Notes: a model not told the origin generated them from the sequence alone. Counted from the first letter of the stretch, positions 8,532-20,428 are shown. The stretch is DNA of 60,621 bases from Armatimonadota bacterium (GCA_037445735.1 JBBIJY010000017.1:1-60621); one strand, 5' to 3'. Numbers and translations: made by a program.

Positions 8532-11162
8532 ATGGCACAGCCAGAAGTATTGCGGATTGGTGAAGACTATCTTCACAAGTATGGCTTTTACGATGACATC
8601 AAGCCCGTTTTCCAGACAGGGCGCGGGCTGAACCGTCGCGTGGTGGAGGCAATCTCCTACGAGAAGAACGAGCCGAAGTGGATGCGCGACTTCCGCCTGC
8701 GCGCCTACGAGATTTTCATCAGCAAGCCGATGCCCAGCTGGGGGCCCGACCTGTCCGCGCTCAACTTCGACGAAATCGTCTACTACATCAAGCCGACCGA
8801 CCGCAAGGCGCGCAGCTGGGATGAAGTGCCCGAAGACATCAAGCGCACCTTCGACAGGCTCGGCATCCCCGAATGGGAGCGCAAGTTCCTCGCGGGTGTC
8901 GGCGCGCAGTACGACAGTTTCACCGTCTACCATCGCCTGCGCGAAGACCTCGAAAAGCAGGGCGTTATCTTTGTCGATACCGACACCGCCGTGCAGGAGT
9001 ATCCAGAGCTGGTTCAGGAATATTTTGGCACGGTGATCCCGCCGCACGATAACAAGTTCGCCGCGCTCAACTCAGCGGTCTGGTCGGGCGGCTCGTTCGT
9101 GTATGTGCCCGCGGGCGTGAAGGTCGAAATCCCCCTGCAGGCTTACTTCCGCATCAACGCCCGCAACGCGGGTCAGTTCGAGCGCACGCTGATTATCGCC
9201 GAGGAAGGCTCGTTTGTGCATTACGTCGAAGGTTGCACAGCTCCGGTTTATGCTGAAGAAGCCCTGCACAGCGCGGTGGTGGAGATTATCGTGAAGCGCG
9301 GCGCGCGCGTGCGCTACACCACCATCCAGAACTGGTCCAAAGATGTGTATAACCTCGTGACCAAGCGCTCTGTCGTGTACGGCGACGCCGTGATGGAATG
9401 GGTGGACGGCAATCTGGGCTGCGTGTGTGCTGGGGAGCTGGTCTACACAGAGCGCGGTCCTGTGCCGATTGAGCAGGTGGAGCCGGGCACGCGCGTGTGG
9501 AGCTTCGATGAGGTGCGTCGGCGCTGGGTGCTACGCCCCGTGGTGGCGCGCAAGGCGAGTGGCATGCAGCAGGTGTACGAGATTGCTCTCTCCAACGGGC
9601 GCACGCTGCGCCTGACGGCAAACCATCCGCTGCTGACCGTGCAGTACGACCCGACGCGCCCGAAGAAACTGGGACGCTACAGCCTGCACTGGAAGCCCGT
9701 CGAGTCGCTAACAACGGGCGACCTGATCATCTTCCCAACTGCGCTAATAGACGAGGGGCAACCCTACCGCTTCGTACGCCCTGAGTTGCCCGACCAGTTC
9801 ACCGGGCGCAATCAGTACGGCGCGGAGTATCCAATCGCCTCTCACTCGCGTCAGGCTGTTCAGCTCCCCGAATACGCTGACGAAGACATTTGCTGGCTGC
9901 TGGGGCTGTGGATAGCGGAAGGCGACTACGCCATCCAATCGGGACGCAACGGCTATCGGTACGGGCGCGTGGGGTTCAGCGTGCCGATAACCGACCGTGC
10001 CTGCCCGCGCCTGATTTCGTTGCTGACCCGCTACTTCGGCAACCACGCCATCGATCTGCGCAAGGACGAGCGTTACCTGCGCGTCAACTCGCTGGAGTTC
10101 GCGCTGTGGCTGAAGGCGAACGGCTTTGTGTCGGGCGCGAAGAAAAAGCGCACACCTGCATGGGTGTTCACGCTCCCAACCCGCATGCAGGCAGCGTTCC
10201 TTGCAGGCTACATCGACGGCGACGGCTGCGCCCGAGGCAACCAGCTTGCCCTCAAGTCGGCGAACCGCGCCCTGCTGCAGGATGTGCAGCAACTCGCCCT
10301 GCAGTGTGGTCTCCACGCGAGCGCCATCTACACGGATATGATTGAGGTGGACATCAACCGTGTGGGGCGTGCCAAGCGCTACACCGCGTATCGAGTAGAC
10401 CTATCGAACATCACGCCCTTACTGCCGCACCTGACTCCTGCCCTGCGTGATCGACTGAACATGCCGAAGAAGGCGCATCGCTATCGGCATCTGCGTGGCT
10501 TCCGTGCGGCGAACCTGCTGACTCCCGAAATGGGCGTCGCACGAGTCGAGGCGATCACCCCCTCCATCGTCGCGCCAACCTACGACCTTGAGGTGACGGA
10601 GGCGCATTCGTTCGTGGTGAACGGCGTGCTGGTGCATAATAGCCGCGTCACGATGAAGTATCCCTCGGTCTATTTGCTGGAGCCGGGGGCGCGGGGCGAG
10701 GTGCTGTCGGTCGCCTTCGCGGGCGACGGGCAACATCAGGACACGGGCGGCAAAGCCATCCACGCCGCGCCCTACACCAGCAGCCGAATCACCTCCAAGT
10801 CCATCTCCAAAGGCACAGGTCGCGCCTCCTATCGCGGGCTGGTGCAGGTGCTGGAAGGCGCGCACCACAGTAAGTGCAATGTGGAGTGCGACGCACTGCT
10901 GCTGGACGAGAACGCCCGCACCGACACCTACCCCTACATCGAGGTGAACGAACAGCAGGTAACGATCGGGCACGAGGCGCGCGTGAGCAAGGTGAGCGAG
11001 GATCAGCTCTTCTACCTGCAAAGCCGCGGGCTGAAGAAGGACGAGGCGCTCACGCTGATTGTGTCGGGCTTCATCGAGCCGCTGGCGAAACAGTTGCCGA
11101 TGGAGTATGCCGTCGAGCTGAACCGCCTGATCGAGCTGGAAATGGAAGGCTCGGTGGGCTAA
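8532..11162 (+). CDS. sufB: Fe-S cluster assembly protein SufB with intein
   Basis: FAALNSAVWSGGSF, GQFERTLII, HYVEGCTAP, LHSAVVE, TMKYP, HEARVSKV. Confidence 0.97.
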   Translation: MAQPEVLRIGEDYLHKYGFYDDIKPVFQTGRGLNRRVVEAISYEKNEPKWMRDFRLRAYEIFISKPMPSWGPDLSALNFDEIVYYIKPTDRKARSWDEVPEDIKRTFDRLGIPEWERKFLAGVGAQYDSFTVYHRLREDLEKQGVIFVDTDTAVQEYPELVQEYFGTVIPPHDNKFAALNSAVWSGGSFVYVPAGVKVEIPLQAYFRINARNAGQFERTLIIAEEGSFVHYVEGCTAPVYAEEALHSAVVEIIVKRGARVRYTTIQNWSKDVYNLVTKRSVVYGDAVMEWVDGNLGCVCAGELVYTERGPVPIEQVEPGTRVWSFDEVRRRWVLRPVVARKASGMQQVYEIALSNGRTLRLTANHPLLTVQYDPTRPKKLGRYSLHWKPVESLTTGDLIIFPTALIDEGQPYRFVRPELPDQFTGRNQYGAEYPIASHSRQAVQLPEYADEDICWLLGLWIAEGDYAIQSGRNGYRYGRVGFSVPITDRACPRLISLLTRYFGNHAIDLRKDERYLRVNSLEFALWLKANGFVSGAKKKRTPAWVFTLPTRMQAAFLAGYIDGDGCARGNQLALKSANRALLQDVQQLALQCGLHASAIYTDMIEVDINRVGRAKRYTAYRVDLSNITPLLPHLTPALRDRLNMPKKAHRYRHLRGFRAANLLTPEMGVARVEAITPSIVAPTYDLEVTEAHSFVVNGVLVHNSRVTMKYPSVYLLEPGARGEVLSVAFAGDGQHQDTGGKAIHAAPYTSSRITSKSISKGTGRASYRGLVQVLEGAHHSKCNVECDALLLDENARTDTYPYIEVNEQQVTIGHEARVSKVSEDQLFYLQSRGLKKDEALTLIVSGFIEPLAKQLPMEYAVELNRLIELEMEGSVG
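9420..10640 (+). mobile_element. Intein (407 aa) with LAGLIDADG endonuclease in SufB
   Basis: DGNLG|CVCAGELV...VLVHN|SRVTMKYP; TANHP; LGLWIAEG and LAGYIDGDG motifs. Confidence 0.95.
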
Positions 11163-11168
11163 AAATAG

Positions 11169-11194
11169 AAGGGCGGGGAAGTATCCCCGCCCTT
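11169..11194. terminator. Bidirectional terminator between sufB and the rhodanese gene
   Basis: AAGGGCGGGGA-agta-TCCCCGCCCTT stem between convergent genes. Confidence 0.75.
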
Positions 11195-11208
11195 ATTGAT
11201 AAGAAGAT

Positions 11209-12105
11209 TCAACCGCTCTGGGGGCAGGGGGCGGTGCTGGTGCCGCCATGCACGGTGGTCGGCGCCTCCCGCTCGATGGGTGCGCCCACGATATTGCCCC
11301 ACTCCGTCCAGCTGCCGTCATAGTTGCGCACCTGCGGGTAGCCCAGCAGGTACTTCAGCACGAACCATGTATGCGACGATCGCTCCCCGATGCGGCAGTA
11401 GGCGATAACCTCCTTGTCCGGCGTGATACCCTGCGACGCATAGAGCTGGCGCAGCTCTTCAGGCGACTTGAAAGTGCCATCTTCGCGCACCGCCTGCGAC
11501 CAGGGAATGTTGCGGGCGCCAGGGATGTGCCCACCCCGCTGAGCGGTCTCCAGCAAGCCGGGCGGCGCGAGAATCTCGCCCGTGTATTCCTGCGGAGAAC
11601 GCACATCGACCAGCGCGACATCCGCGCGACCCAGGCTCTCGCGCACCTGCGGATAGAACGCCCGCAGCGACAGGTCAGGCTCCTTCGCGCGATACTCCGT
11701 GCGGGGATAGTGGGGTACCTCCGTCGTCAGCGGGCGACCCTCCGCCAGCCACTTCTTGCGACCGCCGTCCATCAACGCCAGCCCCTCATGCCCATACAGG
11801 CGCAACAGCCAGAAGGCATAGGCAGCAAACCAGTTGTTGTTGTCGCCGTACAGCACAATCAGATGGTCATTCGCGATGCCCAGCTCGCTCAACAGCCGCT
11901 CCAGGTCCGCTTTCGAGATGATGTCGCGCCGAATGGGATCCTGAAGCTGAGTCTGCCAGTTGAACGCGAGCGCACCGGGGATGTGCCCCTGCTCGTAGGC
12001 AGTCGTGTCCACATCCACCTCCACGAGGCGAATTGTCGGGTCATTCAGATGCTGCTGAACCCACTCCGTCGAAACGAGAACCTCCGCACGCCGCTCTTCA
12101 GCCAT
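11209..12105 (-). CDS. Two-domain rhodanese / thiosulfate sulfurtransferase (CysA-like)
   Basis: GHIPGA twice, active site [20 protein letters not shown] before MAEERR. Confidence 0.95.
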   Translation of the reverse strand: MAEERRAEVLVSTEWVQQHLNDPTIRLVEVDVDTTAYEQGHIPGALAFNWQTQLQDPIRRDIISKADLERLLSELGIANDHLIVLYGDNNNWFAAYAFWLLRLYGHEGLALMDGGRKKWLAEGRPLTTEVPHYPRTEYRAKEPDLSLRAFYPQVRESLGRADVALVDVRSPQEYTGEILAPPGLLETAQRGGHIPGARNIPWSQAVREDGTFKSPEELRQLYASQGITPDKEVIAYCRIGERSSHTWFVLKYLLGYPQVRNYDGSWTEWGNIVGAPIEREAPTTVHGGTSTAPCPQSG

Positions 12106-12120
12106 CGTTCCACCTCCAAT

Positions 12121-12137
12121 ATTTAGACTGGCTAAAC
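12121..12137. promoter_or_regulatory. Palindromic operator ATTTAG-actgg-CTAAAC
   Basis: Between TAGAAT -10 (promoter TTGACA-N18-TAGAAT, minus strand) and the rhodanese RBS. Confidence 0.65.
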
Positions 12138-12180
12138 ATTCTACCTGATTGCGCGACCGCTTGTCAAGGGGTTGCACTCC

Positions 12181-12348
12181 GAGGATGTTCGCAAATTCAG
12201 GGCATAATATCACCTGAGTGAAGCCCCCTCACCCGTACCCTCTCCCCCGCCGGCGGGGGAGAGGGGTTTAGCTGCTTCCTCTCCCCTCTGGGGAGAGGGT
12301 CGGGGTGAGGGGCATCCTCTCCTCTGGTTGGATTTTTCGAACACCCTC
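12181..12348. mobile_element. MITE-like element with REP-like palindromes, copy 2
   Basis: GAGGATGTTCGCAAA ... TTTTCGAACACCCTC ends; TTGCACTC on both flanks; internal CCCTCACCC/GGGAGAGGG hairpins. Confidence 0.65.
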
Positions 12349-12460
12349 TTGCACTCTTGACAAAAGGGGGTTCGATGGGTTATAATTAAGGAGTGGAAGC
12401 GACCGCTCTGTTTGACCGACGCGCTTCCCGCAATCTAACGCTGCGAAAGGAGCGTGATCG

Positions 12461-13135
12461 ATGATGCTAAACTATCGGAAGTGCTGGATCGTTGCAGTGA
12501 GCGTCGCGCTGATATCGAGCGCGCTGGCGTCGGGCTGGAATGTGAATGTCACGATCAGCCTCGGCTCGGTCAACAACCCGATCACTTTCCTCGTGCCGTT
12601 CAACATCAATGGTGTAACCTATGCAGCGCCGCCTGCTAATGTGACCGTTGGCACACCGCCAAGCATCACCTTCCTGACCCAGGCCAGCAACCCACCCGTC
12701 ACCATCGGCGACGGAACACCCTACACCACCGGCACCTTCGACGCCGCCTACTCCCTCGCCGGCAAAGGACTGAACCGCTTCACCTTCATCGTCAGCGGCT
12801 TCGTCTGGGGGCGAGGACAGGTCAACTGGCAGAAAACAGTAACCGATGCGACGGGCAATGTCGTCTACAGCGCCAGTGGCAGCTTTGCAGGTTCAGGTGC
12901 TGGGGGCACCGATGGTGCTTTTCTGCTGAATCTGGTTGTGACCCTGCCAGCGACCTACACGGTGCTGAATGTGAGCGAGAGTTTTCAGCTCACTTTGAAT
13001 GGGGCGCCTGCGCCGGGCACGGACACGGCGTCGTTGTTGCTGGTGGAGCAGGACTGGGTGCCGGAGCCGGCGAGCTGGCTGGTGCTGGGCGCGGGTTTGG
13101 GCAGTCTGTTGGTGCGTCGTCGGCGTCAGCGATAG
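12461..13135 (+). CDS. PEP-CTERM sorting domain protein, copy A
   Basis: Signal peptide; C-terminal VPEPASW + TM helix + RRRRQR. Confidence 0.93.
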   Translation: MMLNYRKCWIVAVSVALISSALASGWNVNVTISLGSVNNPITFLVPFNINGVTYAAPPANVTVGTPPSITFLTQASNPPVTIGDGTPYTTGTFDAAYSLAGKGLNRFTFIVSGFVWGRGQVNWQKTVTDATGNVVYSASGSFAGSGAGGTDGAFLLNLVVTLPATYTVLNVSESFQLTLNGAPAPGTDTASLLLVEQDWVPEPASWLVLGAGLGSLLVRRRRQR

Positions 13136-13147
13136 CGCATCTTTCTG

Positions 13148-13176
13148 GAACCCCCTGCTGGATGGGCAGGGGGTTC
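13148..13176 (+). terminator. Intrinsic terminator
   Basis: GAACCCCCTGC-tggatgg-GCAGGGGGTTC followed by CTCTTT. Confidence 0.75.
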
Positions 13177-13228
13177 CTCTTTACTGGAAGTAGCATCTCA
13201 CAGGTCGCCTCCGATGGCATTCGCATAG

Positions 13229-16110
<2,882 letters not shown>

Positions 16111-16134
16111 AAGAGGAGGTATCATCACAACGCC

Positions 16135-16968
16135 ATGCCACGCACGAGGGCGCAATCGGGCACCAAATCGCGCAAGCGGCAACAGTTCGATCTGGACGAC
16201 GGACCGCCCATCACCCCCGAGGTCGTCCGCGACGCCGAACAGATTATCCAGCAGCTCCAGAGCCTCACCCTGGTCGAGGAGGATGATGTCCCGTTGGAGA
16301 GCGAATGGCATCTGGTGCAGATTCATCTGCTGGACGAGATTGTGCGCCAGCATCTGGGCGATCCCAACCACTACTACTGCAACGGCAACATGTTCGTCTA
16401 CTACAGCGTCGAGCAGGCGCGGGGCGTGGCAGCCGACCCGCCCAACTATCCAGGCTACAAGGGTCCCGACTTCTTCGTGATACGCGGGGTGGACGGCACC
16501 TGTATGCGCCGCTACTGGTCGCTCTGGGATGAAGGCGGGCGCTATCCCGACCTGGTGGTGGAGCTGGTCTCGCCCAAAAGCGTCAAACAGGACAAAGAGG
16601 AGAACCTGCGTTTTTATGCGGAGGTAATGCGCGTGCCCGAATACTTCTGGTATGACCCGGATAAGGATGAGCTGCGCGGTTTTCGGCTGGAGGGCACGCG
16701 CTACGAGCCGATCGAGCCGAACGAGCGGGGCTGGCTCTGGAGCCATGTCCTGCAAGCCTATATCGGGGTGTGGGACGGCTTCTACAATAAGCGCCACGGG
16801 CGCTGGCTGCGAATCTTCCGCACTGACGGTAGCCTCGTGCCCACTCTGGGTGAGGAGGCGGAGCAGGAACGCCAGCGGGCGGAACAGGAGCGCCAGCGCG
16901 CCGAGCAGGCAGAAGCCGAACTGCAACGGCTCAAGCAGCTGCTGCGCGAGAAGGGCATCGAGCTGTAG
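16135..16968 (+). CDS. Uma2 (DUF820) family endonuclease-fold protein
   Basis: GPDFFV, PDLVVELVS, VPEYFWYDP, AEQERQR tail repeats. Confidence 0.9.
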   Translation: MPRTRAQSGTKSRKRQQFDLDDGPPITPEVVRDAEQIIQQLQSLTLVEEDDVPLESEWHLVQIHLLDEIVRQHLGDPNHYYCNGNMFVYYSVEQARGVAADPPNYPGYKGPDFFVIRGVDGTCMRRYWSLWDEGGRYPDLVVELVSPKSVKQDKEENLRFYAEVMRVPEYFWYDPDKDELRGFRLEGTRYEPIEPNERGWLWSHVLQAYIGVWDGFYNKRHGRWLRIFRTDGSLVPTLGEEAEQERQRAEQERQRAEQAEAELQRLKQLLREKGIEL

Positions 16969-17015
16969 GAGTTGCAGAGTGGGCGTCGTATCTCAATAAC
17001 GCTGGAGGTGCAACC

Positions 17016-17579
17016 ATGCGAGGGTTGAAGGAGCTGCTGCCGTTGATTATCGGCGTCGTAATCGCGGTGGTGATTCTGACCAGCTGGCTCACGAAAGCCG
17101 CGCATTTCATCGCGAAATCGCGCGCGTCGGTTCCCAGCGGGTTCGTTACGCCGCCTGTCAGACCCCCTGCCATCGTCACCGTATCCGGCACCACCGACGG
17201 GCGCCTGCGCCAGCTCTCCTTCGCTATCCAGATGTATTGCGCTGATTACGATGACACGCTCCCACCGATGACCAGCGCAACCCGGCTCCAGGGAGCGCTG
17301 CTGCCCTATCTCAAGACGAATCTCACCTGGTATGACCCCACCACCAGCAGCCAGTTCCAGTTCAACAAGAGCCTCTCGTATAAGAAGCGCGACCAGATTC
17401 GCAATCCCGCCACGATGGTGGTGTTCTACCAGCCGTTTCCCGATCCCGCCACGAAGAAGCGGTGGGTCCTTTTTCTGGATGGCAGCGTGAAACAGGTGGA
17501 CGAGAAGCAGTGGCAGCGGTTGAGCCGCGCGTCGGGCATCACCCGCTCATCGGGCGGGGCAAGGAAGCCCAAAAAGTGA
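17016..17579 (+). CDS. Membrane-anchored hypothetical protein, DUF1559-like
   Basis: N-terminal TM; LRQLSFAIQMYCADYDDTLP and VLFLDGSVK motifs. Confidence 0.7.
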   Translation: MRGLKELLPLIIGVVIAVVILTSWLTKAAHFIAKSRASVPSGFVTPPVRPPAIVTVSGTTDGRLRQLSFAIQMYCADYDDTLPPMTSATRLQGALLPYLKTNLTWYDPTTSSQFQFNKSLSYKKRDQIRNPATMVVFYQPFPDPATKKRWVLFLDGSVKQVDEKQWQRLSRASGITRSSGGARKPKK

Positions 17580-17589
17580 GTGCGAAGCC

Positions 17590-19011
17590 CTAATGCAGGC
17601 GCTCGCTCAGCACCGCGTGCAGATAGTCCAGATAATCGGCGGCATGTTCGATCTGCTCCTGCACGGCTTCAGGCGCAGTACCGCCACAGGAGGTGCGCGC
17701 CCGCAGCGCGAACTCAGGCTGAACCGCCTGCAATGCGTCTGCCTCAAACAGCGGTGAGTACCGCTTCAAATCGTCCAGCGTGAGCCGTTCCAGCGTTGCG
17801 CCGCGCTGGATGCAATCGCGCACAATCTGACCCACCAGATGGTGCGCCTCGCGGAACGGCACGCCCCTGCGCACCAGATAATCGGCTAACTCCGTCGCGG
17901 TGGAGAAATCGCCCTGAACCGCCTGACGCATCCGCTCCGTGTTCCAGCGGGCGGTCTCAATCATCTGGCGCATCAGGCGGATGGAGGGCACCAGAATATC
18001 GACGGTGGCGAACAGCAGCGTTTTGTCATCCTGAAGGTCGCGATTATAGGTGAGCGGCAGGGCTTTGAGTAGGGCGAGCATCGCCGTGAGGTTGCCGATA
18101 GCGAGTGCACTACGCCCGCGAATCAACTCGGCAATATCGGGGTTCTTCTTCTGCGGCATCAGGCTGCTGCCCGTGGTGTAGGAGTCGTCCAGCTCAACGA
18201 AGCCATATTCGGGCGTGCTCCACAGGATCAGCTCCTGCGCCAGGCGCGACAGGTGAACCATCAAAAGCGCCGCGATGAACAGGTACTCGGCGACGAAATC
18301 GCGGTCCGACACGGCGTCCATGCTGTTGGGCGCGGGTTCATCCAGCTCCAGCTCGCTGGCGACGAGTTCGCGATCGATGGGGAACGAGGTGCCTGCCAGC
18401 GCGCCTGCCCCCAGCGGGCACACCTTCAGGCGCAGGGTGTAATCGCTCAGCCGATCGAGGTCGCGCATCAGCGCCCAAGCGTGCGCCATCAGATGGTGCG
18501 CCAGCGACACCGGCTGCGCATGCTGCTGATGGGTCAAGCCGGGCATCACCGTCTCCGTGTGCTGGCGGGCGGTCTCTATCAGCGTGTTGATGAGTCCAAT
18601 CAGATTGCCTGCCAGCGTGCCGAGATGCTGCTTCAGATAGAGGCGGGTATCGGTCGCGACCTGATCGTTGCGGCTGCGTGCGGTGTGCAACTTGCCCGCG
18701 AGCGCGCCGACCTTCTCATAGAGGCGGTTCTCGATGGCGGTGTGAATATCTTCGCAGGTCGGGTCAGGCTGCCACTGACCGCTTTCGAGTTCGTGCGCAA
18801 TCTCCAGCAGAGCGTCCACCAGTCGGTTCGCCTCCTGCGTGCTGATGATGCCGCGAATGCCCAGCATCCGCGCGTGCGCGAGGCTCACCTGAATGTCCTG
18901 ACGCCACAGGCGGATATCGACGGGGAGCGAGCGCGAGAAGGCTTCCGCTTCGGGCGCGGGCGACTTTTCGAACCGCCCGCCCCACATCCGTGCCGACTCG
19001 TTCGTGTGCAT
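17590..19011 (-). CDS. argH: Argininosuccinate lyase
   Basis: MWGGRF, HTARSRNDQ, GSSLMPQKKNPD. Confidence 0.97.
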   Translation of the reverse strand: MHTNESARMWGGRFEKSPAPEAEAFSRSLPVDIRLWRQDIQVSLAHARMLGIRGIISTQEANRLVDALLEIAHELESGQWQPDPTCEDIHTAIENRLYEKVGALAGKLHTARSRNDQVATDTRLYLKQHLGTLAGNLIGLINTLIETARQHTETVMPGLTHQQHAQPVSLAHHLMAHAWALMRDLDRLSDYTLRLKVCPLGAGALAGTSFPIDRELVASELELDEPAPNSMDAVSDRDFVAEYLFIAALLMVHLSRLAQELILWSTPEYGFVELDDSYTTGSSLMPQKKNPDIAELIRGRSALAIGNLTAMLALLKALPLTYNRDLQDDKTLLFATVDILVPSIRLMRQMIETARWNTERMRQAVQGDFSTATELADYLVRRGVPFREAHHLVGQIVRDCIQRGATLERLTLDDLKRYSPLFEADALQAVQPEFALRARTSCGGTAPEAVQEQIEHAADYLDYLHAVLSERLH

Positions 19012-19119
19012 GGCTTCAACGCGATTATACCCTGAATAAACCCAACTCCCACGCCGATAATAGGGGCGTGAGGCAGGGAACGCCATCGGGATGCATGGAC
19101 GCGAGAGGAGGAAGATGGA

Positions 19120-19566
19120 ATGCCTGCATCGGTTCCGACCGTTCAACGCATATTCTGGGACACGCCCGTGCTACAGGCGGCGGAGCGGGCGATGGATCAC
19201 GCCGCCGCCCGCCAGCAGCTGCTTGCCAGTAATCTGGCGAATGTGAACACGCCGGGCTATCAGCGGCTGGACCTGCCCTTTGCAGGGGTGCTGGCTCGCA
19301 CCCGCAATCGCGCGGTGGAGCTGGCGCTCCAGCACGGCATCCCTGTGCCGCCAGCACCCATCAACCCGCTTCAGCCCGATAGCCGCGTGAACGCGATGCC
19401 CATCGCCAGCCCCACCACCATGCGCACCGACGGCAATACGGTTGACCCCGAATATGAACTCGTCGCGCTCGCCGAGAACGAACTGCGCTACTCGCTGCTG
19501 GTGCGCATCGTTAGCGGGCAGATTCGGGGCTTGCTGGACGCCATCACCGGCGGGCGAACACCATAG
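19120..19566 (+). CDS. flgB: Flagellar basal body rod protein FlgB
   Basis: ASNLANVNTPGY, RTDGNTVD; precedes flgC. Confidence 0.93.
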   Translation: MPASVPTVQRIFWDTPVLQAAERAMDHAAARQQLLASNLANVNTPGYQRLDLPFAGVLARTRNRAVELALQHGIPVPPAPINPLQPDSRVNAMPIASPTTMRTDGNTVDPEYELVALAENELRYSLLVRIVSGQIRGLLDAITGGRTP

Positions 19567-19567
19567 C

Positions 19568-19652
19568 AGACCATCCGAACCCCCTCTGGGGAGAGGGTAC
19601 GACAGACAATCCGAACCCCTCTCCCCTCTGGGGAGAGGGTACGGGTGAGGGG
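19568..19652. repeat. Tandem REP-like half units between flgB and flgC
   Basis: AGAC(C/A)ATCCGAACCC...CCCTCTGGGGAGAGGGTACG repeated twice. Confidence 0.75.
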
Positions 19653-19671
19653 AATCTGGAGGTGAAACCCG

Positions 19672-20079
19672 ATGGGACTCATCAGCACGATGAAGGTTAG
19701 CGCGAGCGGTCTCTCCGCCGAGCGACTGCGGATGGATATTATCGCGGACAATCTGGCGAACGCGAACAGCACGCGCTCAGCGACGGGCGAGGTCTACCGC
19801 CGCAAGGTGGCGATTCTGGAGCCGATCCCACCCTCGCCCGCAATGCCCGGCGGCGTGCGCGTGGTCGGCATCGCCACCGACATCACCCCGCCCCGCATGG
19901 TCTATCAGCCCGGACACCCCGACGCCGATGCCAATGGCTATGTGACCTACCCGAATGTCGATATCGTCCACGAGATGGTCGACCTGATCACTGCCAGTCG
20001 CGCCTACGAGGCGAACCTGACCGCCTACAACGCTGCCAAGAGCATGTTCCTGCGCACGCTGGACATCGGGCGCGTCTGA
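19672..20079 (+). CDS. flgC: Flagellar basal body rod protein FlgC
   Basis: SGLSAERLRMDIIADNLAN, HPDADANGYV, ASRAYEAN. Confidence 0.97.
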   Translation: MGLISTMKVSASGLSAERLRMDIIADNLANANSTRSATGEVYRRKVAILEPIPPSPAMPGGVRVVGIATDITPPRMVYQPGHPDADANGYVTYPNVDIVHEMVDLITASRAYEANLTAYNAAKSMFLRTLDIGRV

Positions 20080-20095
20080 AACGAGGTGAACCACT

Positions 20096-20428
20096 ATGCG
20101 AATTGAGAGTCCCAGCCTGTTCAAGCCCTTACCGCGCCCGGAGATGCGCGAGGTCGAGCCGCCGCAGCTGCTGGAGCCAGAGGCGGTAGAGCTGAACCCC
20201 ACGCCAGAAGCCGATTTCGGGCAGATGGTCAAAGAGATTATCCAGCAGGTGTCCGACGCGCAGAATCGGGCGGGCGAACTGGCACAGCGGTTCGCCACTG
20301 GCGAACCCGTTGACGAACACACGCTGATCCTGGCGATGGAGCGAGCCAACCTCGCCTTCCAGCTCACCCTGCATGTGCGCAACAAGGTGCTGGAAGCCTA
20401 TCAGGAAATCATGCGCTTGCAGGTGTAA
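20096..20428 (+). CDS. fliE: Flagellar hook-basal body protein FliE
   Basis: VRNKVLEAYQEIMRLQV. Confidence 0.93.
   Translation: MRIESPSLFKPLPRPEMREVEPPQLLEPEAVELNPTPEADFGQMVKEIIQQVSDAQNRAGELAQRFATGEPVDEHTLILAMERANLAFQLTLHVRNKVLEAYQEIMRLQV

Larger units (their letters stand above)
12395..13176 (+). repeat. 782-bp inverted repeat copy A (leader + PEP-CTERM gene + terminator)
   Basis: Reverse complement of 40354-41135; identical protein. Differences seen only in the leader and terminator loop (not exhaustively aligned). Confidence 0.95.

Noticed and set aside
11209-12213. Extended N-termini in the ORF track (rhodanese, argH, biotin carboxylase, alr, ubiX, thyX, ybjQ)
   Set aside because: They run through promoters, repeats or neighbouring genes. 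Shorter starts fit RBS/-10 position and family motifs.
16858-16912. 21-nt tandem repeats in the Uma2 gene
   Set aside because: Ordinary AEQERQR coiled-coil tail typical of this family.
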